A stretch of DNA of 48,617 bases from Actinomycetota bacterium (GTDB taxonomy: Bacteria > Actinomycetota > Actinomycetes > Propionibacteriales > Propionibacteriaceae). Location: the NCBI GenBank assembly GCA_046765695.1, contig JBKPNA010000149.1, positions 1 to 48,617 of the forward strand, written 5' to 3'. The notes under the pieces were generated by a model. It had not been told where the DNA came from. It made no database searches and saw only the letters and a list, made by a program, of their open reading frames with translations. This document shows, piece by piece, positions 9,437-17,089 of this stretch (position 1 is its first letter; each line of letters starts with the position of its first letter). Position numbers and translations under genes: made by a program.

Positions 9437-11368
9437 ATGACCAGTCCACCGGCTTCGTTGCCCGTGCCTGGCAGATCAAGCTCCGAGCCAAGCACGGCGA
9501 CACCCCTGGCGGCCGCGCTGGTCGAGTTGCGGGCGGCCGTCGCGCCACTCCAGATCCCGCTGCCGCTGCCCGGCGCCGCCGAGCAGCGCCACGCCGTCGC
9601 TGAGATCACCGCTCAGCTCGACGACTACGTGCTGCCCCGGCTGGCCACCATCGACGCCCCGCTGCTCGCCGTCGTCGGCGGGTCGACCGGCGCCGGCAAG
9701 TCGACGCTGGTGAACTCCCTGGTGGGTCGGCAGGTCAGCGCGCCGGGAGTGATCCGCCCGACGACTCGGTCTCCGGTGCTGGTGCACCACGCCAGCGATG
9801 CCCGCTGGTTCACCGACGACCGCATCCTGCCGGGACTGGCCCGGTCGACCGGGGCGAGCAAGGATTCCCGATCGCTGCACCTGGTGGTCGAGGACGCCAT
9901 GCCGCCAGGTCTGGCCCTGCTCGACGCTCCCGACATCGACTCGGTGGTCGCCGAGAACCGGCAGCTTGCCGCCCAGCTGCTGGCAGCGGCCGATCTCTGG
10001 CTGTTCGTCACCTCGGCCGCCCGGTACGCCGACGCGGTGCCCTGGGACTTCCTGATCTCGGCGGCCGAGCGCAGCGCGGCGGTCGCCGTGGTGCTGGATC
10101 GGGTGCCGCCGCGCGCGATGGCGGAGATCCCGCCGCACCTGGGCCAGATGATGAGCGAGCGGGGCCTGGGCGACTCGGTGCTGTTCGCGGTGCCGGAGAC
10201 GGCAACCGATGCCGAGGGTCTGCTGCCCGCTGCCGCGGTGCAGCCGATCCGGGGCTGGCTGGCAGCGCTGGCCCAGGACCGGGTCAGCCGCGCCAGGGTG
10301 GTCCACCAGACGCTGGACGGCGCCATCGGCGCGCTGGCCGGCAAGGCTCCGCAGCTCGCTCAGGCTGTCGACGAGCAGCTGGAGGCGATAGCCCAGCTGC
10401 GTGCGGAGGCCGACCACTCCTACGCCGAGGCGGTGCGCACGGTGGGGGTGCAGTCCGCCGACGGGACGTTGCTGCGGGGCGAGGTGCTGGCCCGCTGGCA
10501 CGAGTTCGTGGGCACCGGAGAGTTCTTCCGCGCGCTGGAGAACAAGATCAGCTGGCTGCGGGACCGGGTGGTGGCCGCCTTCCGGGGGGAGCCGCCGGAA
10601 GCCGGCAACCTCAGGGTGGCGGTGGAGTCGGGGCTGGAGTCGCTGTTGCGCGACGAGGCCGATGCCGCCGCCGAGCGCGCCGAGGCGTCCTGGCAGGCCA
10701 ACGCGGCCGGGCGGGCCTTGCTGGCCGAATCGGCCGAGGATCTGTCGAGGTCCTCCCCGGAGTTCGCCCGGGCGGCTGAGCGGACGGTCCGGGACTGGCA
10801 GGGAGCCGTGCTTGACCTGGTCGCCGACGAGGGCATGGGCCGGCGGTCGAGGGCCAGGTTCCTGGCTCTGGGGGTGAACGGGATCGGAGTCGCGCTGATG
10901 ATCGCCGTCTTCGCCCACACCGGCGGGCTGGTCGGCGCCGAGGTCGGGGTTGCGGGTGGCACCGCGCTGCTGGCACAGCGGGTCCTCGAAGCGGTCTTCG
11001 GTGACCAGGCCATCCGCCGGCTTGCTGAGACGGCGAAGGACGATCTCGACGCCCGGGTGCAGGCGCTGATGTCAGGTGAGTTGCTGCGCTATCACCGGGT
11101 GCTGGATGCGCTGGCCGTACAACCTGATCAGGCGGAACGGTTGCGCCGGGCCGCGGCCGCCGTGCAGGCAGCGCGGGCGGCAGGCTTGCCTGCTGGCTCG
11201 GCAGCTGAGCTCGCCCCCGGTCCCAAGGAGGCCGCACTGCCGGCCGCGGAGGAACAGCGCTCCATCGAGGCTGCCAGGTTGACCCAGATACCCGCACTGG
11301 AGGCCGGTAGTGCGGACGACATCGTCGATGCGGAACTGGTCGACTCCCCACGTGAGGAGCTGCGCTGA
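9437..11368 (+). CDS. Dynamin-like GTPase (Streptomyces DynA-like)
   Basis: G1 GSTGAGKS, G2 RPTT, G3-like DAPDID, TSAARYAD; long helical stalk and hydrophobic Gly-rich loop (ALGVNGIGVALMIAVF). Confidence 0.85.
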   Translation: MTSPPASLPVPGRSSSEPSTATPLAAALVELRAAVAPLQIPLPLPGAAEQRHAVAEITAQLDDYVLPRLATIDAPLLAVVGGSTGAGKSTLVNSLVGRQVSAPGVIRPTTRSPVLVHHASDARWFTDDRILPGLARSTGASKDSRSLHLVVEDAMPPGLALLDAPDIDSVVAENRQLAAQLLAAADLWLFVTSAARYADAVPWDFLISAAERSAAVAVVLDRVPPRAMAEIPPHLGQMMSERGLGDSVLFAVPETATDAEGLLPAAAVQPIRGWLAALAQDRVSRARVVHQTLDGAIGALAGKAPQLAQAVDEQLEAIAQLRAEADHSYAEAVRTVGVQSADGTLLRGEVLARWHEFVGTGEFFRALENKISWLRDRVVAAFRGEPPEAGNLRVAVESGLESLLRDEADAAAERAEASWQANAAGRALLAESAEDLSRSSPEFARAAERTVRDWQGAVLDLVADEGMGRRSRARFLALGVNGIGVALMIAVFAHTGGLVGAEVGVAGGTALLAQRVLEAVFGDQAIRRLAETAKDDLDARVQALMSGELLRYHRVLDALAVQPDQAERLRRAAAAVQAARAAGLPAGSAAELAPGPKEAALPAAEEQRSIEAARLTQIPALEAGSADDIVDAELVDSPREELR

Positions 11369-13020
11369 TGGCGGGCCGCGGGCTGGCGCTGCTGAGGCGC
11401 AGCGACCGTAGCGTGGACCTCGTCGACCACCTCAAGGCGCTGACCGAGGCGGTTGAACTCTGCGAGGGGCGAGTGGCCGAGGAGGTGCTGGCCGAGGCCC
11501 GCCGCGTGGTGGTCCACGCCGACCGCCGGCTCGCGCTCTCCGGCAGCGCCACGGTGGTAGCCCTTGCGGGCGCCACCGGTTCGGGCAAGTCGAGCACCTT
11601 CAACGCGCTGTCCGGCACTGACCTGGCCACCGTTGGCATACGCCGTCCCACCACCGCGCACGCCATGGCCGTCAGCTGGGGCGAGGAGTCGGCCGAGGAT
11701 CTGCTTGACTGGCTGAAGATTCCACGGCGGCACACGCTCGAGGCCGGTGCGCAGCCAACGGACCTCGACGGTCTGGTGCTGCTCGACCTGCCCGACCACG
11801 ACTCCACCGAGGTGGACCACCGGATGGAGGTCGACCGGCTGGTGCAGCTGGTCGACATGCTGATCTGGGTCGTCGACCCGCAGAAGTACGCCGACGCGGC
11901 GCTGCACGATCGCTACCTGATCCCCCTTGCCCGGCACGCGGAGGTGATGATGATCGTGCTGAACCAGGCAGATCTGCTCACCCCGGCTGAGCGCGAGCAG
12001 TGCCTGAAGGACCTGCGCAAACTGCTGAACCGGGAGGGTCTGGACAAGGTCGAGCTGCTCGCCGTCTCGGCGGTCACCGGAGACGGCCTGGACACGCTGC
12101 GCGCCCGGCTGGCCCGCCGGATCGCGGAGAAGCAAGTCGCCGCCCGCCGGCTGGCGGCCGACGTCGCGGTGGCGGCAGCCGCGCTGGAGCAGGCGTCGGG
12201 CACGACGAAGGTCACACCGCTGAGTCGTTCCAGTGTCGAGGCGCTGACCGGCCAGGTTGCCGAGGCGGCCGGGGTGCCGGTGGTGACCGAGGCGGTCGGA
12301 CAGGCCTGGCGGCTGCGCGGTGGTCTTGCCACGGGCTGGCCGGTGCTCGCGTGGATGGCCAAGTTCAAGCCGGACCCGCTGCGCCGGTTGCACCTGGACC
12401 GGCTCGGGGCCGGCCGCCGGCGTAAGGAGATCGACCCTACCCAGGTAGGGCGTACGTCGCTGCCCGCCACCTCTGGGGTGCAGCGGGCGCGGGTCGACAC
12501 GGCGGTTCGCGCGCTGGCCGACCACGCTGCTGCCGGGCTCAGCCGAGGCTGGGCCGAGGCGATCAAGCGGGCGGCGCGGTCAGCCCAGGACAGCCTGCCC
12601 GACCGGGTGGATCGGGCCATCGCCACGACCGACCTCGACCTGGCAGGGCACCGCCGGTGGTGGCAGTGGGTACGGGTCTTGCAATGGCTCCTCGTCGCGG
12701 CAGTGGTCGCCGGCCTCGGTTGGCTGGCCGCATCGGCGGTACTGCTCTACTTCCAGCTGCCGCCGCTGCCGCGGGTGCTGTGGTGGGGACTGCCGGCGCC
12801 GACCGTGCTGGTGGTCGGCGGCGTACTGGCCGGCCTGCTGGTGGCCGGGCTGGCCCGGATCGGGGTGGAGGTGGGCGCGCGACGGCGTACCGCCCGGGCC
12901 CGGCAGGCTTTGCGGGCAGCGATATCCCGAGTCACCGGCGAGCTGGTGGTCGCGCCGGTACGCCAGGAGCAGGAGCGCTATGAGGAGGCCCGGCTGGCGC
13001 TCGAGCGGGCCGGCCGCTGA
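11368..13020 (+). CDS. Dynamin-like GTPase with two C-terminal TM helices (DynB-like)
   Basis: G1 GATGSGKS, RPTT, DLPDHD, DPQKYAD, LNQAD; two hydrophobic helices near the C-terminus; TGATG coupling to the upstream GTPase. Confidence 0.85.
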   Translation: MAGRGLALLRRSDRSVDLVDHLKALTEAVELCEGRVAEEVLAEARRVVVHADRRLALSGSATVVALAGATGSGKSSTFNALSGTDLATVGIRRPTTAHAMAVSWGEESAEDLLDWLKIPRRHTLEAGAQPTDLDGLVLLDLPDHDSTEVDHRMEVDRLVQLVDMLIWVVDPQKYADAALHDRYLIPLARHAEVMMIVLNQADLLTPAEREQCLKDLRKLLNREGLDKVELLAVSAVTGDGLDTLRARLARRIAEKQVAARRLAADVAVAAAALEQASGTTKVTPLSRSSVEALTGQVAEAAGVPVVTEAVGQAWRLRGGLATGWPVLAWMAKFKPDPLRRLHLDRLGAGRRRKEIDPTQVGRTSLPATSGVQRARVDTAVRALADHAAAGLSRGWAEAIKRAARSAQDSLPDRVDRAIATTDLDLAGHRRWWQWVRVLQWLLVAAVVAGLGWLAASAVLLYFQLPPLPRVLWWGLPAPTVLVVGGVLAGLLVAGLARIGVEVGARRRTARARQALRAAISRVTGELVVAPVRQEQERYEEARLALERAGR

Positions 13021-13030
13021 CCTCCTTACA

Positions 13031-13089
13031 GAAACCGGTCACAAACGACAGCAGATCGGCCGGATCTGCTGTCGACTGTGACCGGTTTC
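13031..13089. repeat. Long inverted repeat (hairpin/possible terminator)
   Basis: GAAACCGGTCACA-aa-CGACAGCAGATC / GATCTGCTGTCG-ac-TGTGACCGGTTTC: 13 + 12 perfect pairs, 5-nt loop. Confidence 0.8.
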
Positions 13090-13227
13090 GGAGGAAACGG
13101 GGGGAGGCGCTTTTCCACAGCTGAGGCTCAGTCCGAAGCGCTGTCCACAGATTTGACTGGGCCCGGTCGATCGGTGCCTCGCGTCCGCATGCTGACGTCG
13201 AGCGTCAAGACGGCAGAAGGAGAGGCA

Positions 13228-13713
13228 ATGGAAGCTTTGGTACAGATGACCGGCTACGCAGGAACCGAGGTCGACGTCCGGGGCAGCGGCAACGTGTCCG
13301 CTTTCCGGCTGGCCTGCACACCACGGATCCGGGGCAAGGGAGGCCAGTACAGCGACGGCAACACGACCTGGATCGATGTCACCTGCTTCCGCTCGCTGGC
13401 CGCCCACGTGGCGGCGAGCATCCGGAAGGGAGACCCGGTGATCGTCATCGGAAAGTTGCGGACCAGCGTGTGGGAAAAGGACGGCCAGACGCGGGAGCGG
13501 ATCGGCCTGGAGGCGGAGACAGTCGGTCATGACCTGACGCGAGGGACAGCGATCTTCCGGCGAGCGCCTCGGCCGAGCGTCGAGCCGACCGATGCCGAAG
13601 AGCCGGACGACGAGGTGGAGCGGGCCGGGCTCAGCGCCGAAGAGCGGGCTGCTCAAGGAGCAGAGGAGCGGGCCGCTCAAGGAGCAGAGGAGCGGGCCGC
13701 CCAAGCCGCCTAG
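13228..13713 (+). CDS. ssb: Single-stranded DNA-binding protein (secondary, SsbB-type)
   Basis: OB-fold motifs FRLACTPR, TTWIDVTCFR.LA, S.RKGDPVIV.GKLR, A.TVGHDL.RG; RBS AAGGAG upstream; position between the dynamin pair and ettA. Confidence 0.9.
   Translation: MEALVQMTGYAGTEVDVRGSGNVSAFRLACTPRIRGKGGQYSDGNTTWIDVTCFRSLAAHVAASIRKGDPVIVIGKLRTSVWEKDGQTRERIGLEAETVGHDLTRGTAIFRRAPRPSVEPTDAEEPDDEVERAGLSAEERAAQGAEERAAQGAEERAAQAA
13636..13707 (+). repeat. Three in-frame 24-nt tandem repeats (AEERAAQG) in the ssb tail
   Basis: GCCGAAGAGCGGGCTGCTCAAGGA / GCAGAGGAGCGGGCCGCTCAAGGA / GCAGAGGAGCGGGCCGCCCAAGCC. Confidence 0.9.
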
Positions 13714-13891
13714 GGAGCCGCCTGAGGCCAGCCGGCCCGGCGACCGCGCCCCCTGACGGGCCGTCCGACGGCTGAGGAAGCCTCAGGCGAGGCCCGGCTC
13801 CGACCGCGAGGAGCCAGGGCCGGTGGGTGACGCACCATCGTGAGCGGCAGGGCCCAAGCGCGCCGCCGATGGTGCGTCACCCTTGGGCCCT
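13714..13891. other. Two strong adjacent hairpins between ssb and ettA
   Basis: CGCCTGAGGC 13719-13728 pairs with 13780-13789; GGGTGACGCACCATCG 13825-13840 pairs perfectly with 13867-13882. Confidence 0.7.
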
Positions 13892-13978
13892 TCGATCGGC
13901 TGGCATACTTGTCCGGCGCTGCTGCCGTGCAACGGCCGGCGACCATCAACGCTCCAAGCAAAGGTCCTCCTCGCCGCT

Positions 13979-15661
13979 ATGCCCGAATTCATCTACACCA
14001 TGCACAACGTCCGCAAGGCCCTCGGTGACAAGGTCGTGCTGGACAACGTCACGCTGTCGTTCTACCCCGGCGCCAAGATCGGTGTCGTCGGACCCAACGG
14101 CACCGGCAAGTCGACCCTGCTGAAGGTGATGGCCGGGATCGAGAAACCGAACAACGGCGACGCCAACCTTGCCAAGGGCGCCAGCGTCGGCATCCTGCTG
14201 CAGGAGCCGCCGCTGACCGAAGGCAAGACCGTGTTGGAGAACGTCGAGGAGGCGGTGGCCGACATCAAGGCACTGCAGGCGCGGATGGACGAGCTGGGCA
14301 TGGCGATGTCCGAGCCCGATGCCGACTTCGACGCGCTGATGGCCGAGATGGGTGAGGTACAGACGGAGCTGGACCACCGCAACGCTTGGGACATCGACTC
14401 GCAGCTGGAGCAGGCCATGGACGCGCTGCGCTGCCCGCCGCCAGACGCCATGGTCGACATCCTCTCCGGTGGCGAGCGGCGTCGGGTGGCGCTGTGCAAG
14501 CTGCTGCTGCAACAGCCCGACCTGCTGCTGCTGGACGAGCCGACCAACCACCTCGACGCCGAGTCGGTGCACTGGCTGGAGGGCCACCTGAAGGCGTACC
14601 CGGGAGCGGTGCTGGCGGTCACCCACGACCGGTACTTCCTGGACAACGTCGCCCAGTGGATCCTGGAGCTCGACCGCGGCCGCACCCATCCGTACGAGGG
14701 CAACTACTCCACCTATCTCGACACCAAGAAGTCCCGGCTGCAGATCGAGGGCAAGCGCGATGCGAAGCGGGCCAAGATCCTGGAACGGGAGCTGGAGTGG
14801 GCCCGATCGAACCCGAAGGCGCGGCAGGCGAAGAACAGGGCACGGCTGGCTCGCTACGAGGAGTTGGCTGCCGAGGCGGAGCGGAACCGCAAGCTGGACT
14901 TCGAGGAGATCAACATCCCGGCCGGACCGCGACTGGGCAGCAGCGTGCTAGAGGCGTCCAAGCTGGTCAAGGGGTTCGGCGACCGGCTGCTGTTCAACGG
15001 GCTCAGCTTCACCCTGCCCCGGGCGGGCATCGTCGGCGTGGTCGGCCCCAACGGGGTCGGCAAGTCCACGCTGTTCCGGATGATCGTCGGAGAGGAGACA
15101 CCGGACTCCGGTGAGCTGCGGCTGGGGGACACGGTCAAGATCTCCTACGTCGACCAGAGCCGCAGCCGGCTGGCTCCCAACAAGAACGTTTGGGAGCTGG
15201 TTTCGGACGGGCTGGACTTCATCAAGGTGGCCAACTTCGAGATGCCGTCGCGGGCCTATGTGGCCTCGTTCGGGTTCAAGGGGCCGGACCAGCAAAAGCT
15301 GGCGGGTGTGCTCTCCGGCGGCGAGCGGAACCGGCTGAACCTGGCCCTCACCCTGAAGATGGGCGGCAACTTGCTGCTGCTGGACGAGCCAACCAACGAC
15401 CTGGACGTGGAGACGCTCCAGTCGTTGGAGGACGCGCTGCTGGAGTTCCCCGGCTGCGCTGTGGTGATCTCCCACGACCGGTGGTTTCTGGACCGGATCG
15501 CAACCCACATCCTGGCCTGGGAGGGCGATGACGACGAGCAGGCCAAGTGGTTCTGGTACGAGGGCAACTTCGCCGACTACGAGACCAACAAGATCTCCCG
15601 CCTGGGCGTTGAAGCCGCCCGGCCGCACCGAGCTACCCACCGGCGACTCACCCGCGCCTGA
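13979..15661 (+). CDS. ettA: Energy-dependent translational throttle protein (ABC-F)
   Basis: MPEFIYTM...LSFYPGAKIGVVGPNG.GKS; two ABC domains (LSGGERRRV, LSGGERNR), SNPKARQAK linker, no TM segments. Confidence 0.96.
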   Translation: MPEFIYTMHNVRKALGDKVVLDNVTLSFYPGAKIGVVGPNGTGKSTLLKVMAGIEKPNNGDANLAKGASVGILLQEPPLTEGKTVLENVEEAVADIKALQARMDELGMAMSEPDADFDALMAEMGEVQTELDHRNAWDIDSQLEQAMDALRCPPPDAMVDILSGGERRRVALCKLLLQQPDLLLLDEPTNHLDAESVHWLEGHLKAYPGAVLAVTHDRYFLDNVAQWILELDRGRTHPYEGNYSTYLDTKKSRLQIEGKRDAKRAKILERELEWARSNPKARQAKNRARLARYEELAAEAERNRKLDFEEINIPAGPRLGSSVLEASKLVKGFGDRLLFNGLSFTLPRAGIVGVVGPNGVGKSTLFRMIVGEETPDSGELRLGDTVKISYVDQSRSRLAPNKNVWELVSDGLDFIKVANFEMPSRAYVASFGFKGPDQQKLAGVLSGGERNRLNLALTLKMGGNLLLLDEPTNDLDVETLQSLEDALLEFPGCAVVISHDRWFLDRIATHILAWEGDDDEQAKWFWYEGNFADYETNKISRLGVEAARPHRATHRRLTRA

Positions 15662-15683
15662 CCGATCCGCCCTGCGGATGGGC

Positions 15684-15812
15684 CGGATCTGGCCTTGTGC
15701 GGAGAAACGGGGGCGGTAACCCATAGATTCCGTGACGGATGTGGCCTTGTGCGGAGATACGAGCGGAAACCCGCGGATTGGGCGCACGGATGTGGCCTTG
15801 TGCGGAGGAACG
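15684..15812 (-). repeat. Family A repeat, 3 copies (reverse orientation)
   Basis: CGGAT(C/G)TGGCCTTGTGCGGAGnnACG, 26 nt, at 15684, 15736 and 15787 (periods 52, 51). Confidence 0.92.
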
Positions 15813-15852
15813 TAAATCGAGGCAGTTCTGGGAGCCCGTTAAGGTGGCGGCC

Positions 15853-16290
15853 ATGGTCGACGGGGCGACGGAGGATCTACCAGGGCGAGCCACTCCCGAT
15901 GGGGTGAGCGATGCGACGGTCGAGGCGTTGGGCAAGCTGTCCGAGGCGTTGGAGACCTGCGAGCGGGCTCGCGGACATCTCTATGCCTTCCACCAGCTCA
16001 CCGGGACGGCCGACATCCAGTTGGGTCGGGCCGTCACCGCACTGCGCGAGGCGGGCCATTGCGAGATCGCCGATCGTATCGACTGTGAGCTGGTCGGGCG
16101 GAACGTGGTGGAGGGTCGGTGGACTTTCCAGATCGTGGAGGACTACGACGACAACTACTGGTCGGTGTTCCGCGACCTGGAGCGCGCGGCCCGCGACGAA
16201 CTCAGCGGAGGGGTACGTCACCTCTACGAGGCCCGGATGAAGCAGTCCGAGCGCAGTGCGGGCCGGCCCGGCCACGCCGCCCAACCCTGA
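15853..16290 (+). CDS. Hypothetical protein, 145 aa, predicted helical; function unknown
   Basis: Coherent GC-rich codon usage; TAAGGT -10-like hexamer 7 nt before ATG 15853; DATVEALGKLSEALE..ERARGHLY.FHQLTG and GRWTFQIVEDYDD.YW resemble a recalled conserved actinobacterial hypothetical. Confidence 0.8.
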   Translation: MVDGATEDLPGRATPDGVSDATVEALGKLSEALETCERARGHLYAFHQLTGTADIQLGRAVTALREAGHCEIADRIDCELVGRNVVEGRWTFQIVEDYDDNYWSVFRDLERAARDELSGGVRHLYEARMKQSERSAGRPGHAAQP

Positions 16291-16311
16291 CTCGATACGG
16301 CGCTCGGCCCC

Positions 16312-16441
16312 CGTTTCTCCGCACAAGGTCGCATCCGTGGCGGGATTCAGGGGTTTCGGCCTCCGTTTCTCCGCACAGGGCCACATCCGTCGCGGTGTCC
16401 GCGCGTTTCCGCCCCCGTATCTCCGCACAAGGCCACAAACG
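16312..16441 (+). repeat. Family A repeat, 3 copies (forward orientation)
   Basis: CGT(T/A)TCTCCGCACA(A/G)GG..., 26 nt, at 16312, 16364 and 16416 (periods 52, 52); reverse complement of the 15684-15812 array. Confidence 0.92.
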
Positions 16442-16525
16442 GGGCATCAACCGTAAAGCGCTCGCCCTCGTTCCTCCTTCTTGACCCACGAGGTGTTCGT
16501 CAGCTGCCCTTGCTTGGATCAGAGC

Positions 16526-17089
16526 ATGGATCTGCCGTTCTTCCCCGACCTGCCCGTGCGAACTGAGCGTCTTGCGCTGCGGCCGTTCCAACACGAGGAC
16601 CTCGAGCCGCTGCTGGGCATCCAGTCCGATCCGGAGGTGGTGCGTTATGTGCCGTACCCGCCGCGGGACCGGGCACAAGTCGCAGCCGTGCTGGAGCGGA
16701 AGATAGCGAATACGGCGCTGCATCAGGAGGGTGACCTGATCGAGCTCGCGGTGGCGCTCGGCCAGGACGGCACCATGATCGGCGACGTACTGCTCGCGCT
16801 ACGGTCCGTGGAGCACGAGACTCTCGAGGTCGGCTACATCTTCGCGCCCAGATGGGGTGGCCAGGGCTACGCCACCGAGGCCGTACGCGCCGCCGTGGGG
16901 TTGGCCTTCGGTCCACTCGGGGCCCGCCGGGTCATCGCACGCGTCGACGACCGCAACGCCCCGTCCAGCGCGCTGCTGACTCGGCTCGGCTTCCGGCTTG
17001 AGGCGCACCTGGTCGAGAACGAATGGCTCAAGGGAGAGCTCACCAGCGAGTTGGACTACGCCATCCTCGCTAGGGAATGGCCTGCCTAG
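16526..17089 (+). CDS. GNAT N-acetyltransferase (RimJ/RimL-like)
   Basis: RTERLALRPF, EVGYIF.P.WGGQGYATEA, N.PS..LL.RLGFR.E motifs. Confidence 0.9.
   Translation: MDLPFFPDLPVRTERLALRPFQHEDLEPLLGIQSDPEVVRYVPYPPRDRAQVAAVLERKIANTALHQEGDLIELAVALGQDGTMIGDVLLALRSVEHETLEVGYIFAPRWGGQGYATEAVRAAVGLAFGPLGARRVIARVDDRNAPSSALLTRLGFRLEAHLVENEWLKGELTSELDYAILAREWPA

Noticed and set aside
13089-13107. Possible eleventh family A copy (CGGAGGAAACGGGGGG)
   Set aside because: It lacks the invariant CCTTGTG core; the similarity is short and G-rich.
13841-13891. H-type pseudoknot upstream of ettA
   Set aside because: The second pairing partner begins directly at the base of a stem over 20 bp long, leaving no linker to span it; treated as an alternative fold instead.
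15739-15852. MWPCAE-repeat peptide extension of the hypothetical protein, and similar short ORFs over the repeats
   Set aside because: These are translations of family A repeats. The 51-53-nt periods do not keep a frame, and a better start exists at 15853.
15684-16441. CRISPR array interpretation of the 26-nt repeat / ~26-nt spacer pattern
   Set aside because: Only 2-3 degenerate units per array, spacers partly similar to each other (GGCGG(A/T)AAC-like), arrays scattered at gene ends in both orientations, and no cas genes or leader.
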